From Vicugna vicugna (Eukaryota), in assembly GCA_013265495.1 (NCBI GenBank), contig MU061326.1:2294001-2358000 (forward strand): a stretch of DNA of 64,000 nt, in the 5' to 3' direction. Positions 24,956-37,388 of this stretch are shown here, in pieces (the stretch's first letter is position 1; each line of letters opens with the position of its first letter). Both the position numbers and the translations under genes were made by a program. The notes beneath the pieces are model-generated. The model was not told the origin of the DNA. It made no database searches and was given only the letters and a program-made list of their open reading frames with translations.

Positions 24956-25208
24956 TTCCGCCTCCATTTCAGACTTCTTGCTTGGTGCCTCTTGAGATCC
25001 TGGCCCCTGTTTGTCTAGCAACGTGTAGATGACCACTCAGGGGAAACCACTCCTCAGGGGGGCAGTTTTCAAACACTGAGAATTTGGTGAGAGGACATCC
25101 CAGTGTGCTTAGGTGATGCTCTGTACAGTGCGTGAGCAGAGGATAGAGAACCTTCTTGCAGCAGTAAGCCTGAGCTGAGTCAACGGGGAAAGATGTTAGA
25201 AAATCACA

Positions 25209-25541
25209 CTGCCTTGGGCAGAGGTTTCCAGACTACAGAGGACTATGAAAACGAGTGTCTCTGACAGGAAACAGACATCTAAACCTGCGAGCACAGGGAA
25301 GATTATCTCCAGTAAAGGCATCTGTTATTTGGATGCCAATGAACTGGGCATTATGATAGATGCTTCCTGGAGGAGCTGCCTTGGGCAGAGGTTTCCAGAC
25401 TACAGAGGACTATGAAAACGAGTGTCTCTGACAGGAAACAGACATCTAAACCTGCGAGCACAGGGAAGATTATCTCCAGTAACAGGCATCTGTTATTTGG
25501 ATGCCAATGAACTGGGCATTATGATAGATGCTTCCTGGAGG
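25209..25541 (+). repeat. Near-perfect tandem duplication, about 166-bp unit x2
   Basis: 25209-25373 and 25376-25541 are identical except agtaaaggc vs agtaacaggc; 2-bp spacer ag. Confidence 0.95.
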
Positions 25542-26449
25542 CCGTCACTGCTCTTCAGCACCATGCTCCGGGAAGGTACTGCTACTCCCACTTTCCAGAT
25601 GGGGAAAACTGAGGCCACATAGCCAGGTCACAATCCAGCATAAAACAGGGTATAATTTATGTCTGCCAGTGTTCCTTATTGTACACAATCTTCACCTCAC
25701 TGCTCAACTGCCTCCTTCTACTCTTCAAAAGACATGTTTGATCCAAACTGTTTGAGACTGAGGAAGGAGCATACAAGTGGTTTTTGGATGGAATAATAAT
25801 GGAGGAATCTAGTATCCTTTAATTCATAGATGTGTTAAGCTTCAGAAGGTGATTATTTGAATGGAAATGAAGAGTCTTCGGTTATCAGGAAAGCAGAATT
25901 TACTTTCTACCAAACATTTCAGCCCTTGCTGCTCTGCCCTTTTTCAGCCCTTGACTACTGAATTTTTTTAGAGCTTTTTTAAATCCTGGCTCCCAGCTTG
26001 CAAATGTTGCATTTGGCAAGTAGGGACATCAGCTCTTTCATACAATAGTGAGGCACCAATATTTTATTCTCTTTGGTCTGCCTGCATTCTTGGTCTTTCT
26101 TCGGGTAGGTCCATGGATTCCCTGAGCAGTGCTGGGCTCCACGTAACCCAGAGTATTCACCAGAGAGCTGGGGGTGTTCTTTCCTTCCACGAGGTCAGGG
26201 AAATTGACCTCCACTGCCACTTCCAGCTCAGAGATTCCACGTTTTTCCCTAAGATCATGCTCAAGTGTGCAGGGCGTGCGAAGGAAATTATTAATAACTT
26301 AGTTTATTTAGAGTAGAAAATATAGGAAGTGGAGTTGAAAAAGAGAAAGTTTAAAATGTGAATGAAGGGCAGAGTAAAATGGTTTATATTATGTATTTAA
26401 GCAAGAAAAAGCTATTAAAGACTTTGAATAGAAAGTACAGGCAAGAAAA

Positions 26450-27672
26450 ACAAAAACCAGAGGGGCCGGATCAAACTAAAGTCTTCTGCACAGCAAAAGA
26501 AATGATCAGCAGAATGAAGAGACAGGCTATGAAATCGGAGAAACTATTTGCAAACCACATAAGGGGTTAATAGTCAAATCCAGCAAGAGGTTAACAGTCA
26601 AAATACATAAGGAATTTCTACCACTTAATAGCAGAAATACCCCCAAATAATCCAATTTAAAAATGGGCAAAGGGCCTAAATAGACATTTTTCCAAAGAAG
26701 ATGTACAAATGGCCAAGAAGTACAAGGAAAGGTGCTCAGTATCACTAACACCAGGAAAATGCCAATCAACCACNNNNNNNNNNNNNNNNNNNNNNNNNNN
26801 NNNNNNNNNNNNNNNNNNNNNNNNNNNNNNNNNNNNNNNNNNNNNNNNNNNNNNNNNNNNNNNNNNNNNNNNNNNNNNNNNNNNNNNNNNNNNNNNNNNN
26901 NNNNNNNNNNNNNNNNNNNNNNNNNNNNNNNNNNNNNNNNNNNNNNNNNNNNNNNNNNNNNNNNNNNNNNNNNNNNNNNNNNNNNNNNNNNNNNNNNNNN
27001 NNNNNNNNNNNNNNNAAAGATATACACACCCCCACATTCATNNNNNNNNNNNNNNNNNNNNNNNNNNNNNNNNNNNNNNNNNNNNNNNNNNNNNNNNNNN
27101 NNNNNNNNNNNNNNNNNNNNNNNNNNNNNNNNNNNNNNNNNNNNNNNNNNNNNNNNNNNNNNNNNNNNNNNNGAAATGAATTTGTCCATAAAAAAGAAGG
27201 AAACCCTGCTATTTACAACAATATGGATAGACTTTGGGGACATTTTGCTCAGTGAAATAAGTCATACCGAGAAAGTCAAACACTGCATGCTCTTACTTAT
27301 ATGTGGAATCTAAAAGAGAAACAAAAGCATAAAAACAAAAAGGAAAATGGTGGTTTCCAGGGACTAGGGGGTGAAGGCAAATGGGGAGATGTTGGCCAAA
27401 GGGTACAAACTTCCATTTATAAGATGACTAAGTTCTGGGGATCTAATATTCGGCATGGGAAGTAGAATTGCTATATTGTAGACTTGAAAGCTGCTAAGTG
27501 AGTAAATCTTAAATGTTCTCACTGTAAAAAAAATTTAATCATGTGAAATGATGACTATATTAACCAACCTTATCGTGGTAATCATTTCACAATATATACA
27601 TGGATCAAATCATCACATTTTACACCTTAAACTTACACAGTTATATGTCAATTATATCTCAATAAAATTGGG
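26450..27672 (+). mobile_element. L1 (L1MA/MB-like) ORF2 3' end and 3' UTR, partly N-masked
   Basis: aaaaatgggcaaagggcctaaatagacatttttccaaagaagatgtacaaatggccaag...ctcagtgaaataagtca...gtggaatctaaaa...aattatatctcaataaaa. Confidence 0.9.
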
Positions 27673-27729
27673 GGAAAGATGCCATGATACACACCAGGGT
27701 TGGAGTATTGCAGTGTATTTCACCTTTTT

Positions 27730-27930
27730 TCAAACCACAGTGTTGAGGTTTAATTTACCCAACATAAAATTCACTCACTTCAGATCTACACTTCAAAGGG
27801 TTGTAGTGAATTTACATATATATGCAACCATTACCGCAATCCAGTTTTAGCATATTTCCATCATTGGCCCCAAATTCCCTCGGTTAATCCCAGCTCCCAC
27901 CCATGGCCCCTGGCAACCATTCATCAGTTC
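27730..27930 (-). mobile_element. L1M 3' end fragment
   Basis: ttgaggtttaatttacccaacataaaattcactcac...gcaaccattaccgcaatccagttttagcatatttccatc...cccctggcaaccatt. Confidence 0.7.
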
Positions 27931-28172
27931 TTAATATTACCACAAATGTCCTGATACGGAGCATGTGAGATCACCTGTGTCCATGTGTGTGAGAGAGTAA
28001 GACTAAAAGATAACGCACACACACACTTGGACAGCTGAAATATGAGTCACCAAAATAATTCTGTATATTTAACTTCCTTCAGGATGTGTGCTTGCTAATG
28101 ATCTCAAAAAAAAAAAAAAAAACTATGACTTTTTTAAATGTAAAAAAAATGTTTTCTTAAAAAAAATGTTTA

Positions 28173-28270
28173 GGGAGGAGGGTAGAGCTCAGTGGTAGAG
28201 TGCACATGCACGAGGTCCTGGGTTCAATCGCCAGTAACTTCATTTAAAAAATGAAAAAGTTAAAAAAAAG
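28173..28270 (+). mobile_element. Vic-1-type SINE with short internal deletion
   Basis: gagctcagtggtagagtgcacatgcacgaggtcctgggttcaatcgccag; lacks the gcttag segment present in the other copies. Confidence 0.85.
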
Positions 28271-28939
28271 TTCTTTTTAATGCTTGTAATGACTTAGTGG
28301 TTAGGGAGTGAATTTTAAAGTTGTTTGTTTTTAATTAGCATTGAGACTTTAGCCCAATCTATAATTGGACCCCAATATATAAAAGACATAAAGCTGAGCA
28401 ACCATCATGAAGAGGAGAAGGAAATTGGGAACACCAGGCCCCTGGGGTCTCATCCCAAGTCCTTCCCCTTGGCCCCTCTCCTGCTTGCCAGGTGACATCT
28501 CTAGGAATATCAGTCACTCAGGCCTCCCCAAAGGTCCACAGTCCCCCGAGAGACGGAGACCTTCCTCCTGGCTGGGCCACACACTCAGACTTTTCAATAG
28601 TGGTGGGAGGTGTTCGGGACGTGCATACCCACTCTAGAAAACACAGAATCCATCCTCCGCTGGGCGAACTGTGGATGAGGAGCGTGTCATCATAGCCTTT
28701 ATTCACATATTTGCAGATATAATCCCTTTCTTTACTTCCTCAAAGGGTTAACCACAACCTTTATCAGTGGCTTGATTTAAGCTAATTTCCCTAATACACA
28801 TATCCTCAATGAGCACCTCTTTGTCCCCTTTAAGTATGACTAACATGGTATTTCAGCTCTCTTGCAGGCATATGCACATATGATTTTGATGACTTTTTGT
28901 TGTGGTGGTGGTTGTTCTCTAGGTTTCTTAAAATTAACT

Positions 28940-29195
28940 TAAAAAACTTCAAGTGTAGTCAGTTACAATGTGTCCATTTCTAGTGTGCAGCATAATGTCC
29001 CACTTATGCATATGTATACATACATTTGTTTTCATATTCTTTTTCACTAAAGGTTATTACCAGTATAGAATATAGTTCCCTGTGCTATACAAAAGAAGTT
29101 TGTATTTTATCTATTTTTATATATAGTGGTTAACTTTTGCAAATCTCAGACTCCCACATTTATCCCTTCCTACCTGCTTTTCCGATAACAATGAT
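28940..29195 (-). mobile_element. Cetartiodactyl-type L1 3' UTR fragment
   Basis: aagtgtagtcagttacaatgtg...aggttattaccag...atatagttccctgtgctatac...ttgtattttatctatttttatatatagtgg. Confidence 0.85.
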
Positions 29196-29269
29196 GACTT
29201 ATTTTTAACTTCATGATTAGGAGATTTTTGCCCTTTTACCTACTGACGTGCTATATTTTATTAATTGCT

Positions 29270-30190
29270 TATAAAGTGCTCACACATTCTTATTTTCTGG
29301 GATAAGTCCTTTTTGGTCAGAGGGAGTTGTTCATTTAATTCATTATTAAATCTTATTTCTGATCATTTTCTAAACTACTGTGTATCTATATCCATGTTGA
29401 TACTGTTCTGTTAAATTTTTTGGAAGTGTGTGTTTTCAACTTTCAGCAGAAGTTATGCTCACCAGAAATTAGAAAGCTTTCTCATATTTTTCGTGGAATA
29501 GTTAAAAAGAATGGGAATTACCTCCTCCTTGGAAGCATGAAAGAAAACCCCAGGACAACTGTCTGGACCTGGAGTTGCAATTGGAGATAATTTCTTAGCA
29601 AGCTTTTTAATTTAAGTTTTTCTTTTTCTCATCATTATTGGCCCCATTGATGTTGTTTCCTCATGTTCTATTTGGTGACTTACATTTTCCTAGAAAATTA
29701 TCCTTTCAATAAGGTTTTCAAATGTATTATAATAAACTTCACATTGTATTCATTTACTTAAAAATATTCCTTTATCCATAATATAATAGGTACTCTTTTT
29801 AAAAAATTTTTATTATAGGTCCTTAAGTGTCCTTCTCTCCTTTTCCTCCTTGATTAAAACTTGTTCAGAACATCTCTTTTTTGTTTGTTTGTTTTTTTCT
29901 TTTCTGAAGAACTAGTTCCTAGATTTACCGACTATTTCTCTATTATCTATTTCATCAGTTTTGTTTGTTTATTATTTTCTAGGTCCACTTGCCTGAGGCT
30001 TATCTTGTTATGTAGTTTTAAACATCTTGGAATTTAATGCTCGGTTAATTTACTGTTTTTTCTTTTTGTATTAATGATACTATTAAGAGCATTAATTTGC
30101 CTCTGAAAAGCGCTTTGGCACATTCTCATAAGTTTCCATGGGCAGTGTTTTTATTTTCAATGTGTTTTCTAAATAGCAGGTAATTCTATT
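29270..30190 (-). mobile_element. Ancient L1M ORF2 fragments
   Basis: ctgtctggacctggag, ttggtgacttacattttcctagaaaattatcctttcaataaggttttcaaatg and cctctgaaaagcgctttggcacattctcataagttt resemble antisense L1M ORF2. Confidence 0.55.
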
Positions 30191-31696
30191 CAAGGTAACA
30201 ATTTTATTAATTTTGTTAGGCATGCTGATTTTATTTTAATTAAAAAAAACATTTTCTCTTCTTCTTTGCGAATCTGCAGACCTTTCCCTTAGCCTCCAGG
30301 CAGCCTACACTGTGGGCTGTCCAAGGCAAACTTGATGTTTAATCTTTGTTACGCAGCCTGTTTTCTCTCCAGTCCTAGCCCAGTTTAAAAGCTGCAGAGT
30401 CATGGTCCATGTGATCCTGCTAAAATAATAGTCCTCTGCTCCTATAGCTTGGCCTTGTCACTTTGATTAGATAATTTATTCCTTCATACCAGGGGGGCAG
30501 TGAATGATTTTTTTGCTGTAAAAGGTAGATAAAATTACAGCCTCCCGACTGGGCTTCTCGCTGGTTCTCCCGTGTGCACCTGCACCTCAGCAATCTCCTC
30601 TCTCCCTGGAGCAATGTACCATCGCTTATGCCTTTCCTTGCTCTGCCATTTTGCATTCGTGGGGTTGTAATCTCCCAATGGGTAATGGGAGGAATCTACT
30701 GGTAGACACGGACTGGGGACAGGGAGCTGTCACTGGCTGTCTCAGAGAGTGGCTCTCTCACAGATTAGAGCATTTCTGCAGGGCTCTTTTGTCCAGTAAT
30801 ATTTCATGTCTGTGGGATGCGATGATGGCAGGTGTGAGCACCTTCCAGTCGGCTTGACATCATCATTTTGTCTTATGTTTTCTCTTTGAAAAGGAACATG
30901 TGGCAGCTTCAGAAAGCTTCTCAGTCCCGTCCATCACTCATGTAACTCTTCATATTGCTTCCAGACAAGGGAACACTATAAATGAGCTCTCTCGGGATCT
31001 CTGTTTTGGCAAATTTCTAGTTCCCCATTGATTCCATGGACATTTTGATGAAGAGTTGAGGAAGAATAAATTAGAACAATTAGCTACCTGGCATCACAAC
31101 CCTCAAGTCATAACAAGCCTATAAATGCCTCTATTTAACTTGATAAACCCTTGTACTAACTTTACAGATTTTATGCTCTCACTGGTAACTTATATCACAC
31201 ATTTGTAGGATCTAAAGTTCTGGATTAACAATGATTCTGCCAAAACCTCCTCCCTAGAAATTCTGGGCTAATAAGATTCCATTGCCATTGACTTCTTCTC
31301 AAAGAATTGGTTCATTTATTAAAGAGAAATGCTTGGCCTAATATGGTTAACTTGTAGCCTGTGAAACAAAAATGATTTTTAAAAATCTATCACTCACGAA
31401 GTTAACCACCATTGAAACGTCACATCTTCAGTTACTCTGTAGTCATACCTCCCACCACGTGCTGGGGTAAATCTCATTGCTTCCTTTGTATTTTAAATGT
31501 TAATCTCCAACATAATCATTCCCAAATTTACAGCTGGAAGTGGAATGTTGACATCAGAAGTTTGATGAAACCGAGATATGTAATATTTAGATACTGTACC
31601 CCAACTCCCTATAGCCAACCACAAAATAAAATAATCAGCAGCAGACAAAACTAGTCCAGTCTGCCTCATGTTTTAAGCATCCAGAGTTCTAAGCAA

Positions 31697-31797
31697 TCTG
31701 GGGGGGAGGTATAGCTCAGTGGTAGAGCGCATGCTTAGCATGCACGAGATCCTGGGTTCAATCCCCACTGCCTCCATTAAATAAAGAAATAAAAATA
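31697..31797 (+). mobile_element. Vic-1-type SINE with 16-bp TSD
   Basis: gggaggtatagctcagtggtagagcgcatgcttagcatgcacgagatcctgggttcaatcccc; TSD ccagagttctaagcaa at 31681-31696 and 31798-31813. Confidence 0.93.
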
Positions 31798-32084
31798 CCA
31801 GAGTTCTAAGCAACCTAATTCTTGCCTTGATCAGTGAAATAACAATTTGGGATGAATGGATAGAGGGTAACGCTCATGTGTGAGATGAATGGAGACACAA
31901 GCTGTTGACTCCTCTTTTTCCATTTATTCCTCAGTCTCTTACACTAGGTCTCCCAGCCCCAACCCCTTATTACCCCAATGCTTTACCCAATGTGATCTCT
32001 AAAATTCTAAAATCTTAAATTAATTTTTAAATGAAATGTAAATTTAATATTCTAAATACAGTAAGCAGATGACTGCTGTTGATA

Positions 32085-32670
32085 AAACCTAAGCCCAGTT
32101 TTATCTTTTCTCTATCAAAACCCCTCTAGTGGATTATCAACCCATTCAAGTGAAAACTGAAGACCTTACGACAGCTTGGGAGGCTGTACACCTTCTGGTC
32201 CCTCTACCTTTATATTTCACTTTACATTTGTCTCTCTGCTGTCACTGTCTCCATCCCAGCCACACAGATCTCATCGCGAGTCTTTGCCCTACGGTGGGCA
32301 GACACCTGCATCAGTTTTTGCACTTACTTTGCCCTTCTACTGAAATGCTCTTTTCTCAGGGATTACTTGATTTTGCTTCTGCATCCATTTTGGACCTTCA
32401 CTCAATATTACCTCCTCAGTAGGGTCTTAAAATCGCACCTGTCTTCCCTCAACACCATCCCCCTACTTCTTGTCTATAGCACTTAGCACCACCGGATGTG
32501 CTCCACGCTTTAATTATTTCCCTCATCTGTTGTGTAGCTCCCTTCTCTAGAATGCAGACACCATGAGAAAAGAGATTTTTCAAGTGACTCTTCTCACTAT
32601 TCCATCACCAGTGCCTAGAAGACTGCATGGTACATGTAAGTGCTCAATACATATTTGTTGAATATTGAGA
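32085..32670 (+). mobile_element. L2 LINE 3' region
   Basis: aaaacccctctagtgg...ctagaatgcagacaccatgag...cagtgcctagaag...gtaagtgctcaatacatatttgttgaat. Confidence 0.75.
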
Positions 32671-33187
32671 GAAGAAAGTTCTCAAAGCTGTTAAGTTACT
32701 GAAAAGCACCCAGAATTTTATTTATGTTTTCTTTCTTTATTTTCATCGAGGTGGTTTCCCACAGGATTTATAGATATGCAAATATATCACGTTGCTAAAG
32801 TCTATCACTCTTAGTCTTATTTTAAAAAGCAGAGATATGGATGTGATTTCTCCCAGATTACAAAAGTCAAAAATAAATAAATAAGTAAAACAAACAAACA
32901 AACAAAAAAACCCTCCCAAAAAAACCAAAACAAAACAAAACAAAAAATAAACCAAGAGCCACGCTATGACATCTTTGAGCCATCAGATGTCTCAGACAGA
33001 CAACATGACTCCTTCTTTTATAATAAGGCTCTCACTCAATCAGCATGCCCTTCTTTGGGGACACCAAAGGGAGCCTCAGTCTTCAAGGACCTCTAAGATG
33101 GTATGTCTATTACTCAGGAATCAACATGAAGTCGCTACAAAGTGGTGTATTTTTACTGCTAAAATATGTCATGTTACCATTTCCCAC

Positions 33188-33659
33188 GTGGGAAAGAAAA
33201 GTTTCCTCTACCTTTCTAAGTTCTTCTGGTTGGTCTAAGAATTAAATTAACATGAGGCAGATTAACAGGAGGAAATTAAATTTCATTTCATGCATATGGG
33301 AACCCTCCACACATGAGAGGTTCAAAGGTAGAAAGGTAAAATGAGGTCTATTTTGCAGACTGAGCTAAGGACGGGAAAGGGGTCTGGGGCTTCCAAGGAC
33401 AGGAGGGTCATTCACAGGGATGATAAGACAAGCAGATGGTTGGTAATTAAATGCTTTCCCTGCCATATAGATCGGGCCACTTAGATAAAATTTATCGCGG
33501 GCAACAACTCTTTTTCTAGGAGAAATCCCCAGTTTAAATTCTTCGAGGTAGTTAAGAGAGAAGCAGTGGTTTCTCTTGAGTCCACAGGATTGTCTTAACT
33601 CAAGATAACCTACACGCCAAAGAAGTGCATCTTGGGGAGGCCTGTTTTGAACCCCTACA
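33188..33659 (-). mobile_element. ERV1-type (MER34/MER39-like) solo LTR
   Basis: Reverse strand starts tgtaggggttcaaaacaggcctccccaagatgcacttctttggc and ends gttaatctgcc...agaacttagaaaggtagaggaaacttttctttcccac; flanked by the direct repeat cccac (33183-33187, 33660-33664). Confidence 0.75.
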
Positions 33660-34229
33660 CCCACTTCAATTTCATAAACGATTGATAAAATATCTAAACT
33701 CCTGGCCATGAAATCTTAGCGTGAAGACAAAAGATAGGGGGAGAGAGAAGCCCCAATAACTGTTCTTAGGGGGAGAAAGAAACTTCAGTAATTGCCCTTG
33801 GAGTGAAAGATGGAGCTGTCAATTTGTTTGAGTCAGTAAAAATTTGCCTTCTGGTACGCCAGTCAACCACTGGAGTCCCATCAGAATTCTGGAAGAGGGG
33901 AGATGGCAATGAATCACAATTGTTTAAGTGTTTTCCAGGAAAAGGCAGACTTTGCCTGGGCATTTACAATGTCAGTACAATTTGCAGAAAGAAGGAGAAA
34001 AAGGTAAAGGGCCACAACATAAAAGAAAGAAAGAAAAAAAAAACGAGTCCAAAAAGGATGCGTAGACAGGGTCATGACATTGGTTTTGTATAAGTTAAAA
34101 TTTGCTCTTAGGAAGCATTGTTGAAATAATTTTGGAAAGGAAGTTTGGGATTTCTGATTCAGGTGCAGATTCCTTGAGACTTGAATCCATTGATAGAGAG
34201 AACTTGACCAAGGAGTATCATGACGACTT

Positions 34230-34435
34230 ACAGTCTGGGTACAAGCCCAGAAGTGGGATTCCTGGGTCATATGGTAANNNNNNNNNNNNNNNNNNNNNNN
34301 NNNNNNNNNNNNNNNNNNNNNNNNNNNNNNNNNNNNNNNNNNNNNNNNNNNNNNNNNNNNNNNNNNNNNNNNNNNNNNNNNNNNNNNNNNNNNNNNNNNN
34401 NNNNNNNNNNNNNATGGAGTTATGTCCTTTTTTAA
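34230..34435 (-). mobile_element. L1 fragment, mostly N-masked
   Basis: cccagaagtgggattcctgggtcatatggtaa is a canonical antisense L1 ORF2-end motif, followed by 136 N. Confidence 0.6.
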
Positions 34436-34449
34436 CAAGCCAGTAACCT

Positions 34450-34775
34450 AGAGAGTAAAACATTTTGCTGATTTTTGTGAGTCATCCTAGCAAATTAATC
34501 CAACCCAAAGGGGGATGATGGGAACCTCCAATCTGTAGCTGGCTGGTCAGAAGCACAGATAACACCCTGGACTTGTGTCTGGTGTCGGAAGTGGTTGGGG
34601 ACAATCTGGTAAGATGGAACCCTTACCTGTGGAATCTGATGCTGTCTCTGGGCAATCAGTGTCAGAACGGAGCTGAATTCTTGGACACTCAGTGGGTGTC
34701 CGAGAGGTGCTTGTTGGTGATGTGGGGAAACCACATTCTTTGGAATTGGTACTGGGACCATTACAATCTGTTAGC
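34450..34775 (+). mobile_element. MER21-like LTR fragment
   Basis: ctagcaaattaatccaacccaaaggggg...gggaacctcc...ggtcagaagcacag...acctgtggaatctgatgct...gtgtcagaa...ggacactcag. Confidence 0.7.
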
Positions 34776-34922
34776 TTATTTTTTAATTGGGTGTGAATAT
34801 TTGCAGATGAAGACCACGTTCTTTCAGCTGCTATAGGAAATAGCCCTAAACTGGGAAGAATTACTTCCAGTTCTCGCGAGTGTGCTGTGATGGACATCAT
34901 AGTAATCAAGAATGGGAGGTCT

Positions 34923-35023
34923 AGGGGTGGGGTGTAGCTCAGTGATGGAGGGGGTGCTTAGCACACACGAGGTCCTCAGTTCACTCCCTAGTACCTCCAT
35001 TAAAAAAAAAAAAAACAAAAAAC
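34923..35023 (+). mobile_element. Vic-1-type SINE (diverged) with imperfect 13-bp TSD
   Basis: gtgtagctcagtgatggag...gcttagcacacacgaggtcctcagttcactccctagtacctccat; gaatgggaggtct (34910-34922) vs gaatgggatgtct (35024-35036). Confidence 0.88.
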
Positions 35024-35039
35024 GAATGGGATGTCTGGA

Positions 35040-35200
35040 TTCTGGCAGCCTAGGTGAGAATTCTGCCCCAGTTTACCTCTCAGCTCTGGGACTTAATCTC
35101 CTGGAGCTACAGTTTGCTCAATTGTCAAATACGAATAACACAACAGGCACGTTGCATAGGGTTGTTGTGAGAAGTAACTGACATAAGCCTAGTCCCGCCC
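35040..35200 (+). mobile_element. MIR SINE fragment
   Basis: acttaatctcctggagctacagtttgctc...ttgcatagggttgttgtgagaagtaa. Confidence 0.6.
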
Positions 35201-37388
35201 TCGGCATAATTTTGGCAGCTGAGGTCATAAGCTCAGGAAAAACTCCAGACCAAGTTATAGTCTACTCCCGGAGATGCTCTTTATTTTATAACATAGAATT
35301 AGTTTATCCTCTGTAGACTTTAGCTGTAGCCTTTTCCTCTTTTAAAAGATGAAAATGTGACCTTTCTTGCTCTGCTTTTGAATCTTTTTGGCAGCCTGAG
35401 GTAGCTCAGGAAATCTCTTGCCAGTTACCGATATAACCTTCTGTTTCAGTGTCTTAAATTGAAATAGAGTTTAAGTCTACCACAACCAGATACACAGACA
35501 AAGTGGGCCCTTTGTTTTATTGAGTAAAGAATGTCTCCTGTAGGGCGAGAGAGGCCGTTTTATTCATTTTCACTTTGCACTGTATTCTTCTTGCTTTGAA
35601 AAGGAGACAGCTGACCCAAGAGCAAATTTTTCATCTATTTTTGATAACGTTTTTCTTCTTCTGTAGATCTGTTGGGAATTAAGCCCTTTAAATATCCTGG
35701 AGAAGCTTCTACTGCCTTACGACAAAGGGAGGAGGCTCTCTGTCTGCTGCTAAGTGATTGCTTCTCTTCCACCATCAGTACACAAACACAGATATTTTTC
35801 TCTGCTCTCCATCTTCTGTTGAGGGACTGATATTCCCTGTGATGGGTTTTCTTTTTCCTATTTGGTTCTGTTAAAAAAAAATGAACAAGAATCCATTCTT
35901 CTGAAATAGTGTAGTTCTGTTCCTATGTGACGTTGTCTGTCTCACCGTAAATCTGGCGTTTACAATGATGCTGTCTTTCTTCTTGTCTTTACCCTCATCA
36001 CCACCTATTCCTGTTCAAATGCTCAAAGAGACCCACTCCCCACTCTCCATGGGGAACCCTGGCTCCTTCCAAGGTCCTTCCAAGGACCGTCAGCCCCGAC
36101 AAAGACAAGCAGGGTGCGGGGAAATGCAAGAAGTGGTTGGTTTTGTCCCGATCTCCAGGTATCACCTTGCCTACAAATGTGTGGCTGAAGCCCTTTTGCT
36201 GGTATCCAGCTGTTTGCAGCATCTGGTGACTCGGGGAGGATGAAGCATCCCTCTGTGCTGCGGCTGAGGACACAGAAGCAGCAGCTCAAAGAGGGTCTTC
36301 CTGTCTGTCTGGAGCGATGAAGAGGAAAACGAGCTTCTTGGACTTCTTCATCCTTCTCAGTTGCAGCCATGGAGGATTTGGGGGAAAAAAAATCAGAACA
36401 AAACAAAACATCTTCAGGGCACTTCTGACCACACAAGGATGTGTTTGAACATCATAGTAGCATTTGGAAGCGCCTGTTTCTTTTGACAGAATTTGCAAAT
36501 CTCATCTTTCCCCCTCAGGATGACTTGCAGTGTGGAAACACTTCCATATGCTCCAACTTGTTCTCATCATTTTGCTGAAGGGGAAACAAAAGAAGAGGGG
36601 CAGGGCTGAGTCTGTGACTTGGAGACAGCCCGCAGCCACAGGGGCACCCCCGCTTCACATCAGCCTCTTGTCACCCCTGACCCTGAACTCCATGGACTCT
36701 GAAGTCACACTCCCTGTGGAAGCTTGGTAGGTAGCTTCTGTCCTGGAAAGCTACCTTAGTACAAATCCGTTAAGAATTCTGCAAATTATGACTCTAGATA
36801 AATGCTTCTCAGTTCATTTATCACTGAAAAAAATGTTTAACTCTTGGGTATCACACAGGCCAAAGGCCCCACATACCAATGGCCTTGTTTATCCAAGTCC
36901 TGGTGGAGAAAAACCCTTTTTGCATATACTTGTGCCAGGATCCATGCCGCTAATGATAAGATGGTAGCAGCTGCCTGGTCCAGGGTCAACAGGATGTCAG
37001 CTCAGTGAAAGTTCTGTGGCCCCTTCCTTTCATTTCAGAAAATGGCCGTGATCCACTGAGGCAAAGACGAAGACAGAGGTGTAACATGCTTCTCAAAATC
37101 CTTTACAAATCATGATTTACAAGAGCATGCCAAAGCCAAGATGTAGGATGGAAAACATGATAGTTAATTCCACCCTCCGGGTTCAAAATTCCAAAATACT
37201 AACGTCCATTCATTCATTCACCATGTCCACAAAGATTTATTGGGCCCCTTAGTTGAAGAGCTTATATTACAAAGGAAAAAAAATTAGAGAAGAAAATAGA
37301 TAACCAAAATTTATATTGAAAACAGTGACCACTCTACAAGATAGAGTGATGAATTCTGCTTGAGGAATCAAGAAAGGTTCATGGAAGA

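Noticed and set aside
35669-35760. Strong plus-strand acceptors here and near 41809 and 45074, followed by short open frames
   Set aside because: No matching strong donor or recognisable peptide. Isolated acceptor-like motifs are common in mammalian non-coding DNA.
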